A DNA stretch of 64,000 nt, taken from the NCBI GenBank assembly GCA_946965045.2, contig OX337229.1, forward strand, positions 2,232,001 to 2,296,000, given 5' to 3'. The notes under the pieces were generated by a model. It worked only from the letters and a program-made list of their open reading frames with translations, had not been told where the DNA came from and did no database searches. Origin of the DNA: Epithemia pelagica (taxonomy: Eukaryota; Protista; Bacillariophyta). Shown here piece after piece: positions 50,289 through 62,869 of this stretch; positions within the stretch are counted from its first letter, which is position 1, and each line of letters opens with the position of its first letter. A program made the translations under genes and the position numbers.

Positions 50289-51299
50289 GTTTCAAGGGTC
50301 GGATGAAGGGTAGGAGGGTAGTAGAAGGTTAAACGGATGGCAAGGGAAGGCTTGTTCTTGTGCAGAAATTTGCAATTGTGATGAGAGGAGCGAATTTCTG
50401 TGAGCCAACAGTCTGCGAGTGAATCGGCGAGTAGTCGTCCGGCGATTCCGCGAGCGAGCGAGCTAGCGATCGGCAAATCCGCGAGTCGGCGAACCATCGA
50501 TTCCGCGAGCAAGCAGGCACGTGTCAAAAGCCAGCAGGCTTATATAGTTGAGTCGTACGGCGCGCGTGGATGGACGGTCCAAGTGTACGAGCACGTGCAC
50601 GGTACGTTGTGCAGTCGCAAGTCACAAATTAGCGAGTGGGTCCCACAGTGACAAAAACAAGTCACAGAGATGACGCAAGCGAGTGAGTGACGAAGCCGCT
50701 TAGCGCGAACAACTCCCGAGCGTTGATCAGGCGCTTGCCGTCCGGCGAACAGTGGGGAAACAACAGACAGTGGGTCTGATAAACTGAATAAAACTGACGG
50801 CCAGACGCAATATACGGCTTGCAACTATCAGAAATTATGATAACTAAACTAGGGGTGCCCTTTGGGGGCAAATCGCTCACGTAGGGGCCAAACAGCGACC
50901 AAGGTACCCACTAGCGAACACGCAACTAGGGGCCGGGCGATGCCAGGCGATGCGTAGCGAGGCATGGCGAGGCCATTCGTAGGTTACAAAGGGGGCGCCC
51001 GTGATTATTTATTCACGACTTTGAGCAACAGCAACATCGTCTGTTGCGACACATTTACCAACTGCATCATCAGTGGCAACCATAACAGCAGCTACCCGAC
51101 CTACCCAATCTACCCGACCTACCCAAAACAGCAGCTACACAACCTACCCAATCTACCCAATCTACCCGACCTAATTTGTACTTTATCTTGTTTTATACCG
51201 CCGTGCTCATTGGCATTCATCATTGGCATTAATTGGTGCAGTCGTTGGCGGCACCAAAAATGTTGTCGACTCCCCAGTTTCATTTCTGACTGCTGAACC

Positions 51300-52738
51300 A
51301 TGCCCAAATCAGCTTTGAACAAAGATGAGTGGGATAAGAAGCTCATCAAATTTGTCGAAGATGGTTGTTGTTTGGGGAAAGGATTCGCCCCTACAAAAGG
51401 TTCCAAAATCGCAGAAACTGTTGATAAAATATGCAAATGTTATGTTTCGCTCAAGCTTCTAAGTGGTTCAGCTTCTCTTATGAAGTCGCATTTTGGACCA
51501 AGGATCATTCCTCCAGCAAGTATTATGACCAGAATTCCAACTTGTGTGTGCACGTAGCATGACCGTGTGACCAAGAAGAAAGGGTTATCTCTTCAATCTT
51601 TATTGAACCCCAAGAAAAGGAAGAGAACTCCTATTGCACATCCGTTGAAGCGTCTTTCCACCATTTCATCATCTGAAACATCAACACGTCAACCAACACA
51701 ACAGGAACCAGTCTCTTTCCACCCGATTTCTCAAGATGCATTTTCACAAGACACCATACCATCCCCTCCTTCGTCAGCCGCCCCCCGTCCCATTAACGAA
51801 ACAAAAGAGGTTATTGTATTAGACGACTCCTCGCCAACTGCCTCTACAAAGCACACACCTGGACCCAAAGACCCAAACAACTTCAAACGACTGAATGATA
51901 TCACCGTTTACCCTGCCCCTCTGGACGGCATGCCCAAAAAGATAATTGATTTACAGGATTCCCCAACCGAAACTTCAATTCAGCACACTTCACAACCCAT
52001 ATACCCCAAAGACGAAGAAGAAAGTCGCCAAGAGTAAGCATCCGTTCCCTACGAACAATCGATCCATGTGCTGCTCGTTTGCAACAATCGAAATCTTGTT
52101 TTACACCACAAAAACTTAACCAAATCAAAAATTTGGCCGAAGTTATATGCCAGAAAGGCCGGGAATACACAGTTTGTGGAAAGTGCACGATTATTCTCTG
52201 GGGGCCTGCGGATAGTAATTGTATCTACTGCGCAACACAAACAATACCTCTAAAAATGGTGTGCGAAATTGATCGGTGGCTCCGATTCATACAAGGATAC
52301 AATTTGAAATGCATCAATGATGATTGGGGAACAAACTTCACATCCCATCAGTATCGGTATATTTGCACTCTTCCATATGAAGACGGTCAACTGGATTGGT
52401 TCTGTTTTGGCCAAGGCAACGCTATCAGCGTGTCAATAATTCGTGCGGCCCGTTTGAACACTTCTTCCCTATGTATCGAGAATATTGTGCAAACTAACCT
52501 AAGTGCACTTTACAATACACAAAAAGCACGTTACAAACGACACATCAAAAACCCATTTGCTGTTCTTCCCGAATCACACAAGGATGGATTCCCTAATTTC
52601 CCTGAAGAATTTGTCCCAAAGCAGAGTGCAATCCATGCGTCGTTTACGCAGGACAATCTTGTACATTTGGACGACTTGAAAAGAGAGTTGAAAGCCACAA
52701 AAAGTCATACAATGCTACGGACTGCCATCGATGTGTAA
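51300..52738 (+). pseudogene. Degraded ORF of unknown function downstream of the interrupted ORF
   Basis: One frame runs 51300-52253 with stops at 51555 and 52035, then shifts into ORF 52079-52738. No family recognised. Confidence 0.35.
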
Positions 52739-54067
52739 TCAAATGGATTCGTCAATCTACAAAGGATGTGTTATATACCTTGGTTATCACTGGAGACAAT
52801 GGACTTGTATTATTTGGGGCAGCGTGATTTTCATTTACAAAAGATACAACGTTAGAATCGTCTTGTTGCGAGCTTAACAGCGATATATTGTGATAATTCA
52901 TTCGACTTACCATTCTAAGTCCCTAGGCAATTGAAATTCTGGGTGGCTGGGAGATGGAAATGGAGACTGCCTTCAGTCAACCAAACACAACTTCTGAACC
53001 ATGAACGGTAGGAAGACAAAAGATACAACTTTAGAATCAACATTGATATATTGCGATCATTCATTCGACTTACCGTTCAGGAACTGTTTGTAGGTTTTGG
53101 GGTGTTTTTCTACAGGTTTTTGGTGAACTCAGTAGTGCTGGTGCTGTTGGAAATCTGAACTTTTTTACCTATTGGATAAAAACTAGGTTACATTTTTTAC
53201 AATTTGACAAAATATGGGAAAGACAGACAGACAGCTTGGGGAAAAGCAACTGAATGGTAAGAGGTGGCTCCTGATTCACACCATTGGGATCCATCCCTTC
53301 ATCATCTGCTCAAAAAGATCAATCTAGTGATGTGGAGATAGTGCACAACATTTTGTCTATGAAGTAAGAAAGAGGGCTACAATCTTCTCAGAAAGAGGGC
53401 TACAATCTTCTCACAAATTCATTTGATGTAACGTTGATGAAAAGCAAAACAGACAAAAGGCAATAAATGAGAACAGCTAAAAGTTTAAGAAAGTTTGAAT
53501 TGAGGATTATAACAAGGAACTAAACATGCTAATTGTGATGCCACCACGCAGTGAAGGAGGGTTTGACTTTGAAGTCCCAATTTATCAAAACGAATCGACA
53601 AGGGCTTTTAAGCAAGCCATTGAATGTTGCCCGAAACGTGGCATCTAGTCAAAACACCAAATTCCTAGGTAGATCTTGATCGTTGGATTGTTTGCACACA
53701 TGTATTGGACTGGACGTCAATGGTGTGGCCAAGCACATTCAGCTCTCACACGTGTATTGGACTGGACGTCAATAGTGTGGCCAAGCACATTCAGCTCTAC
53801 ACAGTCCCACCGAGTCATTCGATAAGAGGAGTTTTGAATACAGGGTTTTGTTCGGCTATCGTGGACCTGTGTGCCATGGTTTCCAACGGAATCGACCTGA
53901 AAAGATCCCTGATTTGCCAACAAGAGCACTTTGGCAGATATTGGGGAAAACAACAATGTCCATAATCGGCCTGAAGATCCCTGACTTGCCGACAAGAGCA
54001 CTTTGGCAGATATTGGGGACGACAACAATGTCCATATAAGGATGGATTCCCGGCGGCAACCAGCCCA

Positions 54068-55196
54068 TGATTTCATGTTTTCCTTGGTACATGTAGAAAT
54101 GTGCACATGAATTTCCCTTCTTGCTGTCTTTGAAGCCACCAGCATGAATAGTATCTTCTTCTACCATAAGGAATATGCCATATAGGATTTCAAGAGCTCC
54201 CCCTTTTCATACACATCTGATGCATGATTGATCCTCTCCACAGTATTTCCACAATTTGATTGACATACCCTCCTCCATCAGGGGTATGAAAACATGAAAG
54301 GGGATGCATTCTCGGAATGGTAGACATTTTTCTCATCCCCAGGTATTGCAGATTTTTGGTTGCTTCTTGGTGGGTGTTGTCAACTCTTTCAACAGGTTTC
54401 CCGTTACTGCCGAGAAGGAGAAGTCAATGTAGTACAGGGAATGTGCAGGCTTTGTACTTCTGCCCCTGTAGTCTTCATGAACAAAGGTGAATTGGGATTT
54501 GTTCAAAGAATGAATGAAGTATCTTTTGCATAGCACAACTTGAGGAGGTTGGTGGCAAGGAGCTTCTTCAAGGTGTCCATGACCTGGGAGACATCTTCCA
54601 GATAAGTTTCACCCAAGTACTGACAGTTGGCTACAAGGCCCTCATATTCCTGTATGGCCATCAATTTGTTGAATTGCTGTCCTGACATGCTAAGTTCATC
54701 TTAACAAGTCAAAGTTAATATTTCCATAAGCGTATGACGATATGCTTTCTTAATTTCCGTCCAAGAATGGTCAAACTTATTGAATGCTAATCGTAATACA
54801 TTTTCTTCTGCTGTCGTCCAGGGGACTAGTACCCTCTTACACTTCTTCGTAGGAGGTTCCTTCGAGTTACCATTGTACAACCCCATATGGATTGCTTTTT
54901 TGCGCAAATGCTTGTGGGTCCGTTGCTCAAATTCAATGGGATAAGTCATCTTAATTAGAAAAAGAAGGAGTTTTATTCCGAAATTTGTAGCTGTTCAATG
55001 GCCTGATTTCATGTTTTCCTTGGTACATATAGAAATGTGCACATGAATTTCCCTTCTTGCTGTCTTTGAAGCCATCAGCATGAATAGTATCTTCTTCTAC
55101 CATAAGGAATATGCCATATAGGATTTCAAGAGCTCCCCCTTTTCATACACATCTGGTGCATGATTGATCCTCTCCACAGTATTTCCACAATTTGAT
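54068..55196. repeat. 193-bp direct repeat (54068-54260 vs 55004-55196) flanking a Myb fragment
   Basis: tgatttcatgttttccttggtac...ccacaatttgat in both copies, with few substitutions. Confidence 0.93.
54701..54949 (-). pseudogene. Myb/SANT-domain fragment (single repeat, telobox-like)
   Basis: RVLVPWTTAEENVLRLAFNKFDHSWTEIKKAYR shows the W-x19-W Myb spacing. Confidence 0.55.
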
Positions 55197-56599
55197 GTGT
55201 GCAGGAGTTTGTCATTCAAGGTAAGGGTTGATAGAAGTTTGCATTCAAGATTGAAGTTTATCATTCAAGGTTTTTTTCAGTAATGAGGCTTGGGCAGACG
55301 AAAATGGTCTTGTCACTGGTCTCTTTCATCCTGTTCTTTTACCAGAGTGATACTGTTGCAGTTAAATTGATGAGTTTATGATCGCTCCAGAGTCACCCTT
55401 ACCCTAACCCTTAAATCCTGTTCTTCCACCAAAGTGGTACTGTCGCAGTTTGATTGATGAGTTTGTGATCACTCCAGACCATTTTCGGTTTGATCTCCAA
55501 GTTCTCCAACTTTTTGTAGTTCTGTACTACCAAATACTGACATGTGTGGTGGGTGGTGGTTGAGTGATGTATTGTTGAAAAGTGTGATGATAATGTTAAG
55601 TGTGCGGGCAGTTGTGCTTGTAAAGGGTGGACTGACTGTCTGCTGTGGGTTTGATTGTAGAATGGTGCCTCCAGGTGTTTCCACGCACAGTTCTTGACAA
55701 GATGCCAAAGGTGACAATCAATGGTGAGGAGCGCCCTTTTTGCAATAAATTGTTGGCTCTCAAATCTTTCCGTTCTCCTGGAGACGACTGCTTCTTTTGC
55801 CACGCTGATCCTCGTGATCACAACTTGGGGGATGCGGTTAAAGCTTTCTTGAAAGCTTATGGGGATGCTAAGAAGAAGCAATCCTGACGGGATCCTGGGT
55901 TGATTGTTGGGTCAGATAGTTCTTGTAGCAAACCTCGGATGGCAGAAAACGTTTCTCGTGACATAGTGTTTGAAAAAGACGTTAACCCAAGGAACATTTT
56001 TGAACTCCACAACTCTTTGATCGACGTCGAATTGCACAACATCATTGCAATGTCCAGGCCCACAACACAACAGAATAGATCCTCGGTAAGGACAATCTTC
56101 TTCGCCGAACTGCTCTCCTTTCAACAACTTCCTCTTGATTTGCCTTCAACATAAATCAATCAAGGAAACGCGGAGGAATGAATAGAAAGAATAATCCCAA
56201 CGGTTCCTTGTCCTTATAGGCTTGAGCACAAGAACCAGGATTGACAAGAACAAGATCCGATGCTCCGGTGATGCCTCCAAAAGACCAGCCTCACAGCTCT
56301 TTTTTCTTCAGCCACTGCTCCTCCAGCTCCCTCACCAATTAGTCCCAGGGCGACAGGTCAGACAGAGTTATCCCCGCCAGTTCAATCTTCTGACCCTCCA
56401 CTTCGTGTTATGGCTACTCGGGACGATGTGGCTGGTGCCTCACAGGTCGTCCGCCGTACGACCACCACCATCAAGAACCCTTAGTATGCCTCCGCCAAAG
56501 AGTGTGGTGTGAGTAGTAGTCAAACCATAAGTAAACTGTGGAGCAAGACAAGAATTGCATGCACCACAGGCAAAATTAACTCACCGGAAATTTTATGAC

Positions 56600-56780
56600 T
56601 AGTGAGCCCGTCTGGACGGAAGCCTAAGTATTTGCTGTGTGATCACACCAACCCCATACAGGACACAAGAGTCTATGAAGTTGAGCATGTCGATGGTGGT
56701 CATGCTGAAGTTGCTACAGATGTTATGGCTGAGAACATGTTCACACAATGTGACCTTGAAGGATTGTGGGCCACAAGAAA
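56600..56780 (+). mobile_element. Copia pol fragment related to the inner element
   Basis: TNPIQDTRVYEVEHVDGGHAEVATDVMAENMFTQCDLEG vs ANPILDTRYYDVQFPDGSIESYATNMIAENLYSQVDPEG. Confidence 0.75.
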
Positions 56781-57699
56781 GATGACACAGCAATCACAAC
56801 CCCGAGCTTATCAAGCAACTTGGGACCACCAACGTATGTATAGCAATAACCAATGTAACTGCCAGTTCTGATTCTCTTAAATCCATGATTTCTTGTGGAG
56901 CTGTTTCAAAATACCACCCATTTGTGATTGGTTTTTTAACGTCCTTGTTGATTGGGAAACTGGGGAGACGACACATGTACCTCTATCTCTTATCTCAAAT
57001 GATGATCCCATCACACAACCATCAACAAACTCAGCTTCATAGACTCTTGTGTCCAGTATGGGGTTGGTGTGATCATGTCCAATTTGCTTGTCTTAAGTGT
57101 CACGCTTGCGCCTGATCACCCGCCCTGCAAATCATGTCGTCTGCTTTAGGCAGCGATACCTCTGCGCCCAAGAGTACACAACAGGGGAGCTGGATTGGTA
57201 GAATTGTGGGGCGACAGATTGGGTGCCGGAAGTGGAGACTGCTGGTTTCACGTCAAAGACAAGATGCACTCAGATCTTTTGATATCCTTGAGATGATCAG
57301 TGAGACAAGCCAAGAAACATCTACAAAATATAGAGCTATTGATTGGCTATATCGGGTTAAATTTCCATAAAGACAACATGGATTTTCAAAACGGTGTCCA
57401 GAACTTGAACCTGCCAGAACCAACAGCATCACCAAAATCTCTCAGCCAAAGTTGAAAAACTGAACGGTATCTCCTACACGGATGAAGTCTCCTATTCTAA
57501 TCCATAGGCATGTGTCCTTCCATCATATGTTTACATTGCCTGTAGAAGACATCGTCTTGTGCCAACCCTCACATTGAGACAAATTGTTTACTTTCGAGCA
57601 GGCAAACAGTCTAGGATCAAACAAGTCCTGTGAAGAGTGGATATTTAAGGAGTCGATAATTTAGAATGCAAGGTTAAGAAAACATGGACTAAAAGAAAT

Positions 57700-59680
57700 A
57701 TTTTATTGGAAAACCAAAACAGCAAAGAGTGTGAAGGTTAGTTTAGTTTCCATCTATCAACCTAGGTTTTCGGAAGTATTCTACTTTCGTTCGCTAACGC
57801 GCCGGCCTGGTGTAGTCTAAACTCCCTCCACTCGCACCTGGTTGCTCGTATCAAACTCATCAGTAGTCAAGGGGTCGGTCGGGGTTAGTTCCTCTAGGTC
57901 GTTTTCGCCATAGACCACCACTGGAGGCGTGTCCTTTGGTGTGCTGAAGCCGAACCTAGCGCGGAGTCCTTTGATCCGTCGTTCTTGGTAGGTCATGGGG
58001 GGCACAGTATCTAGGACACTGCTGCTCCTCCCATCCAATCCTTGATCAAAGTCATCATTTGAGGTTGAAAGTCGAGCGGTAGGCGACTGGGAGGAGGTCC
58101 ACGAGAAAAACGAGGTGTTTGACTGGGACGACGAGGTAGACACTGGGCGGCAGACTAAGACTCTTTCGTCGTTCGTCGACTCATCAGTGCTGGGGGCGTT
58201 GTTGTTGGGTAGGAACCGGTGAAACCGCGGTTTGTGGCGGCATGCTCCGTAGATTTCGTTGCATTTGTTGATTGCTAGGTTGGGGTGTTTGCTCGTGAAT
58301 TTGAGGATTTCCAAGCGTTCTCGTGCGCAGAGTTTGCAGGACTTTGTCCCAAAGTTTTTACAGTGGAAAGCGGTTTGCCTTGCCAAAGTATGTCCACTTT
58401 GAGTCGGACGTGGTTCTTGATTTCCTTCTTCTCGGTTTCTCTGGGAATGAAGCAGGCGAAGTGGCTAGCAAACGAATCAGAGCTCTTGTTCTTGAGAACC
58501 AGTTGCTTCACGTCTTGGACATGTTGTTGGATCCTTTTCTTTACTTTACGTGTTGTTGAGTATTGCCAATGTACTGCTTGCCGGTTTTGAGGCAGGTGGC
58601 TTTAAAGACCACGATGGAACGTCTGCAGAAGCCTCCGTAGGGACAGGCTTCACGGTTCCTGCAGTTACAGTCCAGATCTTCAAAATCCAAGGATCGTAGT
58701 CCGTCATTTAACTTGGAGTTGAGATCTCCTTGAAAATGCTCCCGGATGTTGGTGAACCGGTGATAGGACATCAAGATCCTCAACCAGGACAACAACGGGA
58801 ACCGGCTTTTGATTTCTTTGAGCGTCTTGTGGATTGGTTTTTTCCAAAAGTCGGAATACCCAATCTTGAAATAAATAGCTCGTTTGCGGTCTCTCTCGCG
58901 TCGTTTTTCGAGAGCTTGTGAAACAGTGTCCAGTTTTTCGTCTTCCATTTTCTTGGTTAGTTCGCCCAGAGTGGGGGTTGTGTTTGGTTTGACAAGCTTG
59001 GAATGTTCAAGGGCTGCGAAGTGGACGGGGTAGAGTTCGTCCAATTTGGAGTCGTGGTTACTTTCATCCACCGAGGTTAGTTTCGTCAGGCGTTTCATCA
59101 CCCCGTTTGGGATTGCTTCGAAGCATCCCGGGGTGTGAGCGCTACCTCTGTTGAGGTATTTGAGTTGTTGGTTCGGTTTCAGATGGACTCTGTAGGCTAG
59201 TTTTCCGTTGTCGTGCCAGAACATTTCCATATCCAAGAAGGGGAAGGCTTGCGTTTTCTCAATGGATACTGACTTGTTGGTGATGGAGTCCGGGTTGTGC
59301 TCGTTCAGAGGGTCCCAAATAGTGGCGGTGAACTTCAGGAAGTTGTTGCCTGCAATGTGGTTGATGTCTTGTTGAAAGGCCTCAATCCATTTTTGAATTT
59401 CATCCGTCGATTGTTTCCCTTTTAAGACGGCTAAGCCGTCGTCTCGGTAGATTCCAAAGTAGTGCATCGGGTCGAACATTGTGTCGTAAGTTGCTTCGAG
59501 AAGGAACGAAACGACGAGGTCGGCAAGCCAAGCTGACTCGTAGCCTCTGATCGTGAGGCCTCTTTCTTCAGGTTTTAGGTCACCATCGTATAGGAAATAT
59601 TCGTCCTTGAAGGCGATGATCGTGTTGGTCATGCCAAAGAAGATTAGGTTTATTGCACAATTTTTTAGATTTAAAACAAG
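57700..59680 (-). mobile_element. Penelope-like retroelement (RT plus GIY-YIG), 5'-truncated and frameshifted
   Basis: GLTIRGYESAWLADL, YFGIYRDDGL, FPFLD (RT); CNCRNREACPYGGFC; IVVFKATCLKTGKQYIGNTQQ (GIY-YIG); SDSFASHF, CKLCARE. AATAAA on the minus strand near 57702-57707. Confidence 0.9.
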
Positions 59681-60272
59681 GCCTTGTGATGATTCTGGTA
59701 ATTGTCGTATAGATGGTCGATGGTGGTGATGGTCAATAACCCCATGTTTTGACATGTGTGTTCCGATGGTAGTGATGGTCAATAACCCCATGTTTTGACA
59801 TGTGTGTTAACTAATTCGAGATTATTTTGGTTCCTACTACTATGGTTTCTTGTGATGTGTTGTTTTAGATGTCTGGTGCTGGAGTAGATGACCTAGGATT
59901 CTGTATGACCTAGATAATTACATGAGTCCTGCATATCAGAACAAAAGAAGCCACTCAAAAACTAATATGACCTTGAAGGCAACAAATTCCAGATTATTGA
60001 CTCTATTGTTATGGTTGAGTTCATGGCAACGTAGGTCTGATTCAAAGGTGGCAAGGACGTGCATATTGCTCCACCCTGAGCTCTTATTGCTCCACCCTGA
60101 GCTCTTTCTCCAGCCAAGGAATTGGTTGCTCTATTGTTGCACATGGCCATTCCTGCTCGTCCTCGTCCTTAGCCGCGACCGTGATCGCCGTGGTTTCGGA
60201 GCTTGAATCGGTCAGACTGAGTGGTAGGACGACGGCCCCACAAAGCGGCCCCACAAAGTTGAATTTCATGAA

Positions 60273-60530
60273 TTGATTGATTTGTCCATTCCTGAGAAAC
60301 ACAACAATGTAGTATGGAGCATGGATGTCATGCATGTCAATGGAATTCCATTCCTCATTACCATTTCAAGAGAAATCAAATTTCGGACTGTCTACAATCA
60401 TTTATCACGGCAATCAAACAAGTGGTGGCTATCTACCGTAGAGATGATTTGCGACCCGCCTCGAGTACTAATGGCAGACGGTGCTTTCGACACAGCTGAA
60501 ATAAACTCAGCACTCAACACCATTGGATGA
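60273..60530 (+). mobile_element. Internally deleted copia integrase fragment
   Basis: MDVMHVNGIPFLITISREIKFRT ... VLMADGAFD. Confidence 0.65.
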
Positions 60531-60990
60531 TCGTGTTGGTAAAAAAGTGAAAACTACTAACGTCCTCATTCTCCTTCTAGGCAATTGCACTCTTCTCAAG
60601 GTTACAAGAGATAATCGAATAATGTTATAAGCACATACACAGTCGATTGGCAGTTGTATGCAAGTTTCCGATTTGGAAACATGGATGTGGAATGAACTGT
60701 GGACCAACAAGGGAGGGAAAATATGAGAAGTTGCAAAACCACATTGCATAATATGTCCCTGAAGAGACTAAGGAGTCGCACAATTCTGGACCAAATTGCA
60801 TAAAATGCGGCTAATGAGAGCGAAAAGTCGCATTGCATATAATGTACCTAATGAGAGTGTGAGCAGTCGCACACTTCCGGACCACATTGCATAAATATGC
60901 CTAAAGGCGAATAGGGCTTCAGTAATTTCAAGCTTGTAGTGGTCCAGATTTACAGGCGTTTCGTCGTATTTCGATATTGACCATGGCAAA

Positions 60991-62034
60991 ATGAAACCAC
61001 AAAGAGAAGAAGAGCATCCAACAATGACATCCAAGCTTGATGCTGTTGTTGATGCTGCAGCGGCTTTCTTGGGGGAACCAGCATCGCCACGAGCTGCAGC
61101 AGCAGCAGCAGCAGCAGCAGACAAAGACGATGACGACGAAGTGCCCGAAGAGACAACGACTCGCCGGTATCTTCCGAGCGAGATAGTCGAGAGCTTGAGA
61201 CAAAACATGCTTGCGGACATTGCTCGTGGCCTTCTGGAGGGCGAAGACGTCAACAAGTTTGTGGGCAAGAAGTCAAGGATCAAGCAGCGTCTTGCCGGTA
61301 AATGCAAAGCCGGTTAAGCTGCAGCCATCAAGGCAGTGAACGGGCTTAAAGCTCCTGGGCGCAACGCATGGACAAATTTTTCGCGGGACCTCCAGGATCT
61401 CGCTTCGTCGATTGAAGACAGTGCCATACTCGTCAACGCCTACGGAGAGTTCGTCTCGCGGAAGATAAGTCAGCAGATGCAGATGTCATCGTCCTCTGTG
61501 CGCTTGGCCGACCGGTACGATGGTGGCTCCATGGCAGCTCCCTCCAAGCCTGCACCTGTTGTCATCGTGAAGAAGAAGACAGAGAAGAAACAGAAGAAGA
61601 CGAACAAGGGAGTTGATGAGAAGAAGATGACTGTTGTGAACAAAGAAGGCAATTTGGGCAATGTGGAAGTGAAGACTCCTCGTGGACGAGTTTCATTTGG
61701 AAAAATGGAGGTTGTCCAAGTTCTGTCTCCTGAAAGTGATGAATCAATGGGTGGAGAACCAAGCCCAGCACAAACAACAACAAAGAAAACAACTCCTGCA
61801 TGGATTTTGAAGCAATCGAGCCGTGCTCCCATCGCAAGAGCTTTGCCAGCTCAGTTGGAGTGGAAAGCAACCTTTCCTTTGAGTCTGCGGAGACGCAACA
61901 AGATGCTCCCGAGTTTCATTTCAACATCATCGAATAGCGCACACAATGAACTCTATAGCTCTCTATTCATGTTATTACTGTTTCCTATCTATTTGTACAA
62001 TCAACAGATGCCATTTGGCAATGCAATGCCATGA
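60991..62034 (+). pseudogene. Unknown ORF broken by one in-frame TAA at 61315
   Basis: ORFs 60991-61317 and 61336-62034 share a frame; poly-Ala and Lys-rich tracts. No family recognised. Confidence 0.4.
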
Positions 62035-62869
62035 AAACAAGTGTGCCAAACTGTGCCAAACTGTGCCAAACTGTGCCAAGCGACAAAAATGGTTCTCGGA
62101 AATCGATTTCTAGATCCATACCTACTAGGATTGGGGCCGGGGGTGGTTGGCGCTCGAAAGAAGACCCTTTTGGGCTCAAGATTGAGCACCAGCATGTGGT
62201 CATACGACCATTTTTGATGAAGTTACATGTAGCTAAAGTTTGTGCCAAAGGGGCACAAACCAGGCGTCCTGGGCACTTCCCCCTAGAAGGCACTAGGTAA
62301 AGAACTCCCTGGAGCACAAAAGAAGAAAAAGATGTGAGCTCGTTATCTGATGTTGTATTGGGCCAGCTACGTACTAGTACTCTAACTATCCAGCATACAG
62401 CATACACCAAGTTCAATGCCTAGAAGATACCCCTGAGGCACTAATCCCGACCATTTTTTTCCTCTACTTCTCACAATCTGTGAGATTACGGAATAGAAAT
62501 CTGTTATCTGTTGTGTTTTTTGTGCGATTGGTTTTTGTGTGCTGCGTGCTTATTTTAGAATTTATCTTGCAAGAAGCGTCACTAGACCCACCTGATATTG
62601 GATTGGGCCTCTTTGTGCTTGCCCCGTCCCGTGACTAGATATCTGGCAGTGTGAGGTTTTCCACTGAATTGGGGGACATATCCGAGGTAACCAATCCCAC
62701 GGCCAACCCAATTCCCAGTCCCCGCGAGACTGTGTAATCCCCCATCCCGTATGTGATTGAACAATTAGGCCAACAGGCTGAAAAGAGGGCGATCCTTGCC
62801 AGACCGGCTGGATATCGTTAGGGGGGCGAAGTTAAGGTAGTAAATCGTTCAGTCTCTGCATTCGTTGCC

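Larger units (their letters stand above)
43709..51015 (-). mobile_element. Ty1/copia (CoDi-like) element nested in the outer 3' LTR
   Basis: LTRs tgaataaa...tttattca at 43709-43882 (174 bp) and 50785-51015 (231 bp); flanked by CGAC on both sides; gag and pol on the minus strand. Confidence 0.96.
37312..51051 (+). mobile_element. Full-length Ty1/copia element (outer) with 238-bp LTRs and 5-bp TSD CATTT
   Basis: TG...CA LTRs; CATTT at 37307-37311 and 51052-51056. gag, PR, INT, RT and RH are in copia order. Confidence 0.97.

Noticed and set aside
54170-54690. Ulp1-like protease relic
   Set aside because: Only vague similarity across broken frames; the catalytic triad cannot be placed.
61336-61420. 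HMG-box motif (KAPGRNAWTNFSRDL)
   Set aside because: Only the first helix-like piece resembles HMG; the rest of the box is not evident.
62400-62770. LTR of another minus-strand element
   Set aside because: LTR-like composition only; no partner, PBS or TSD could be identified.
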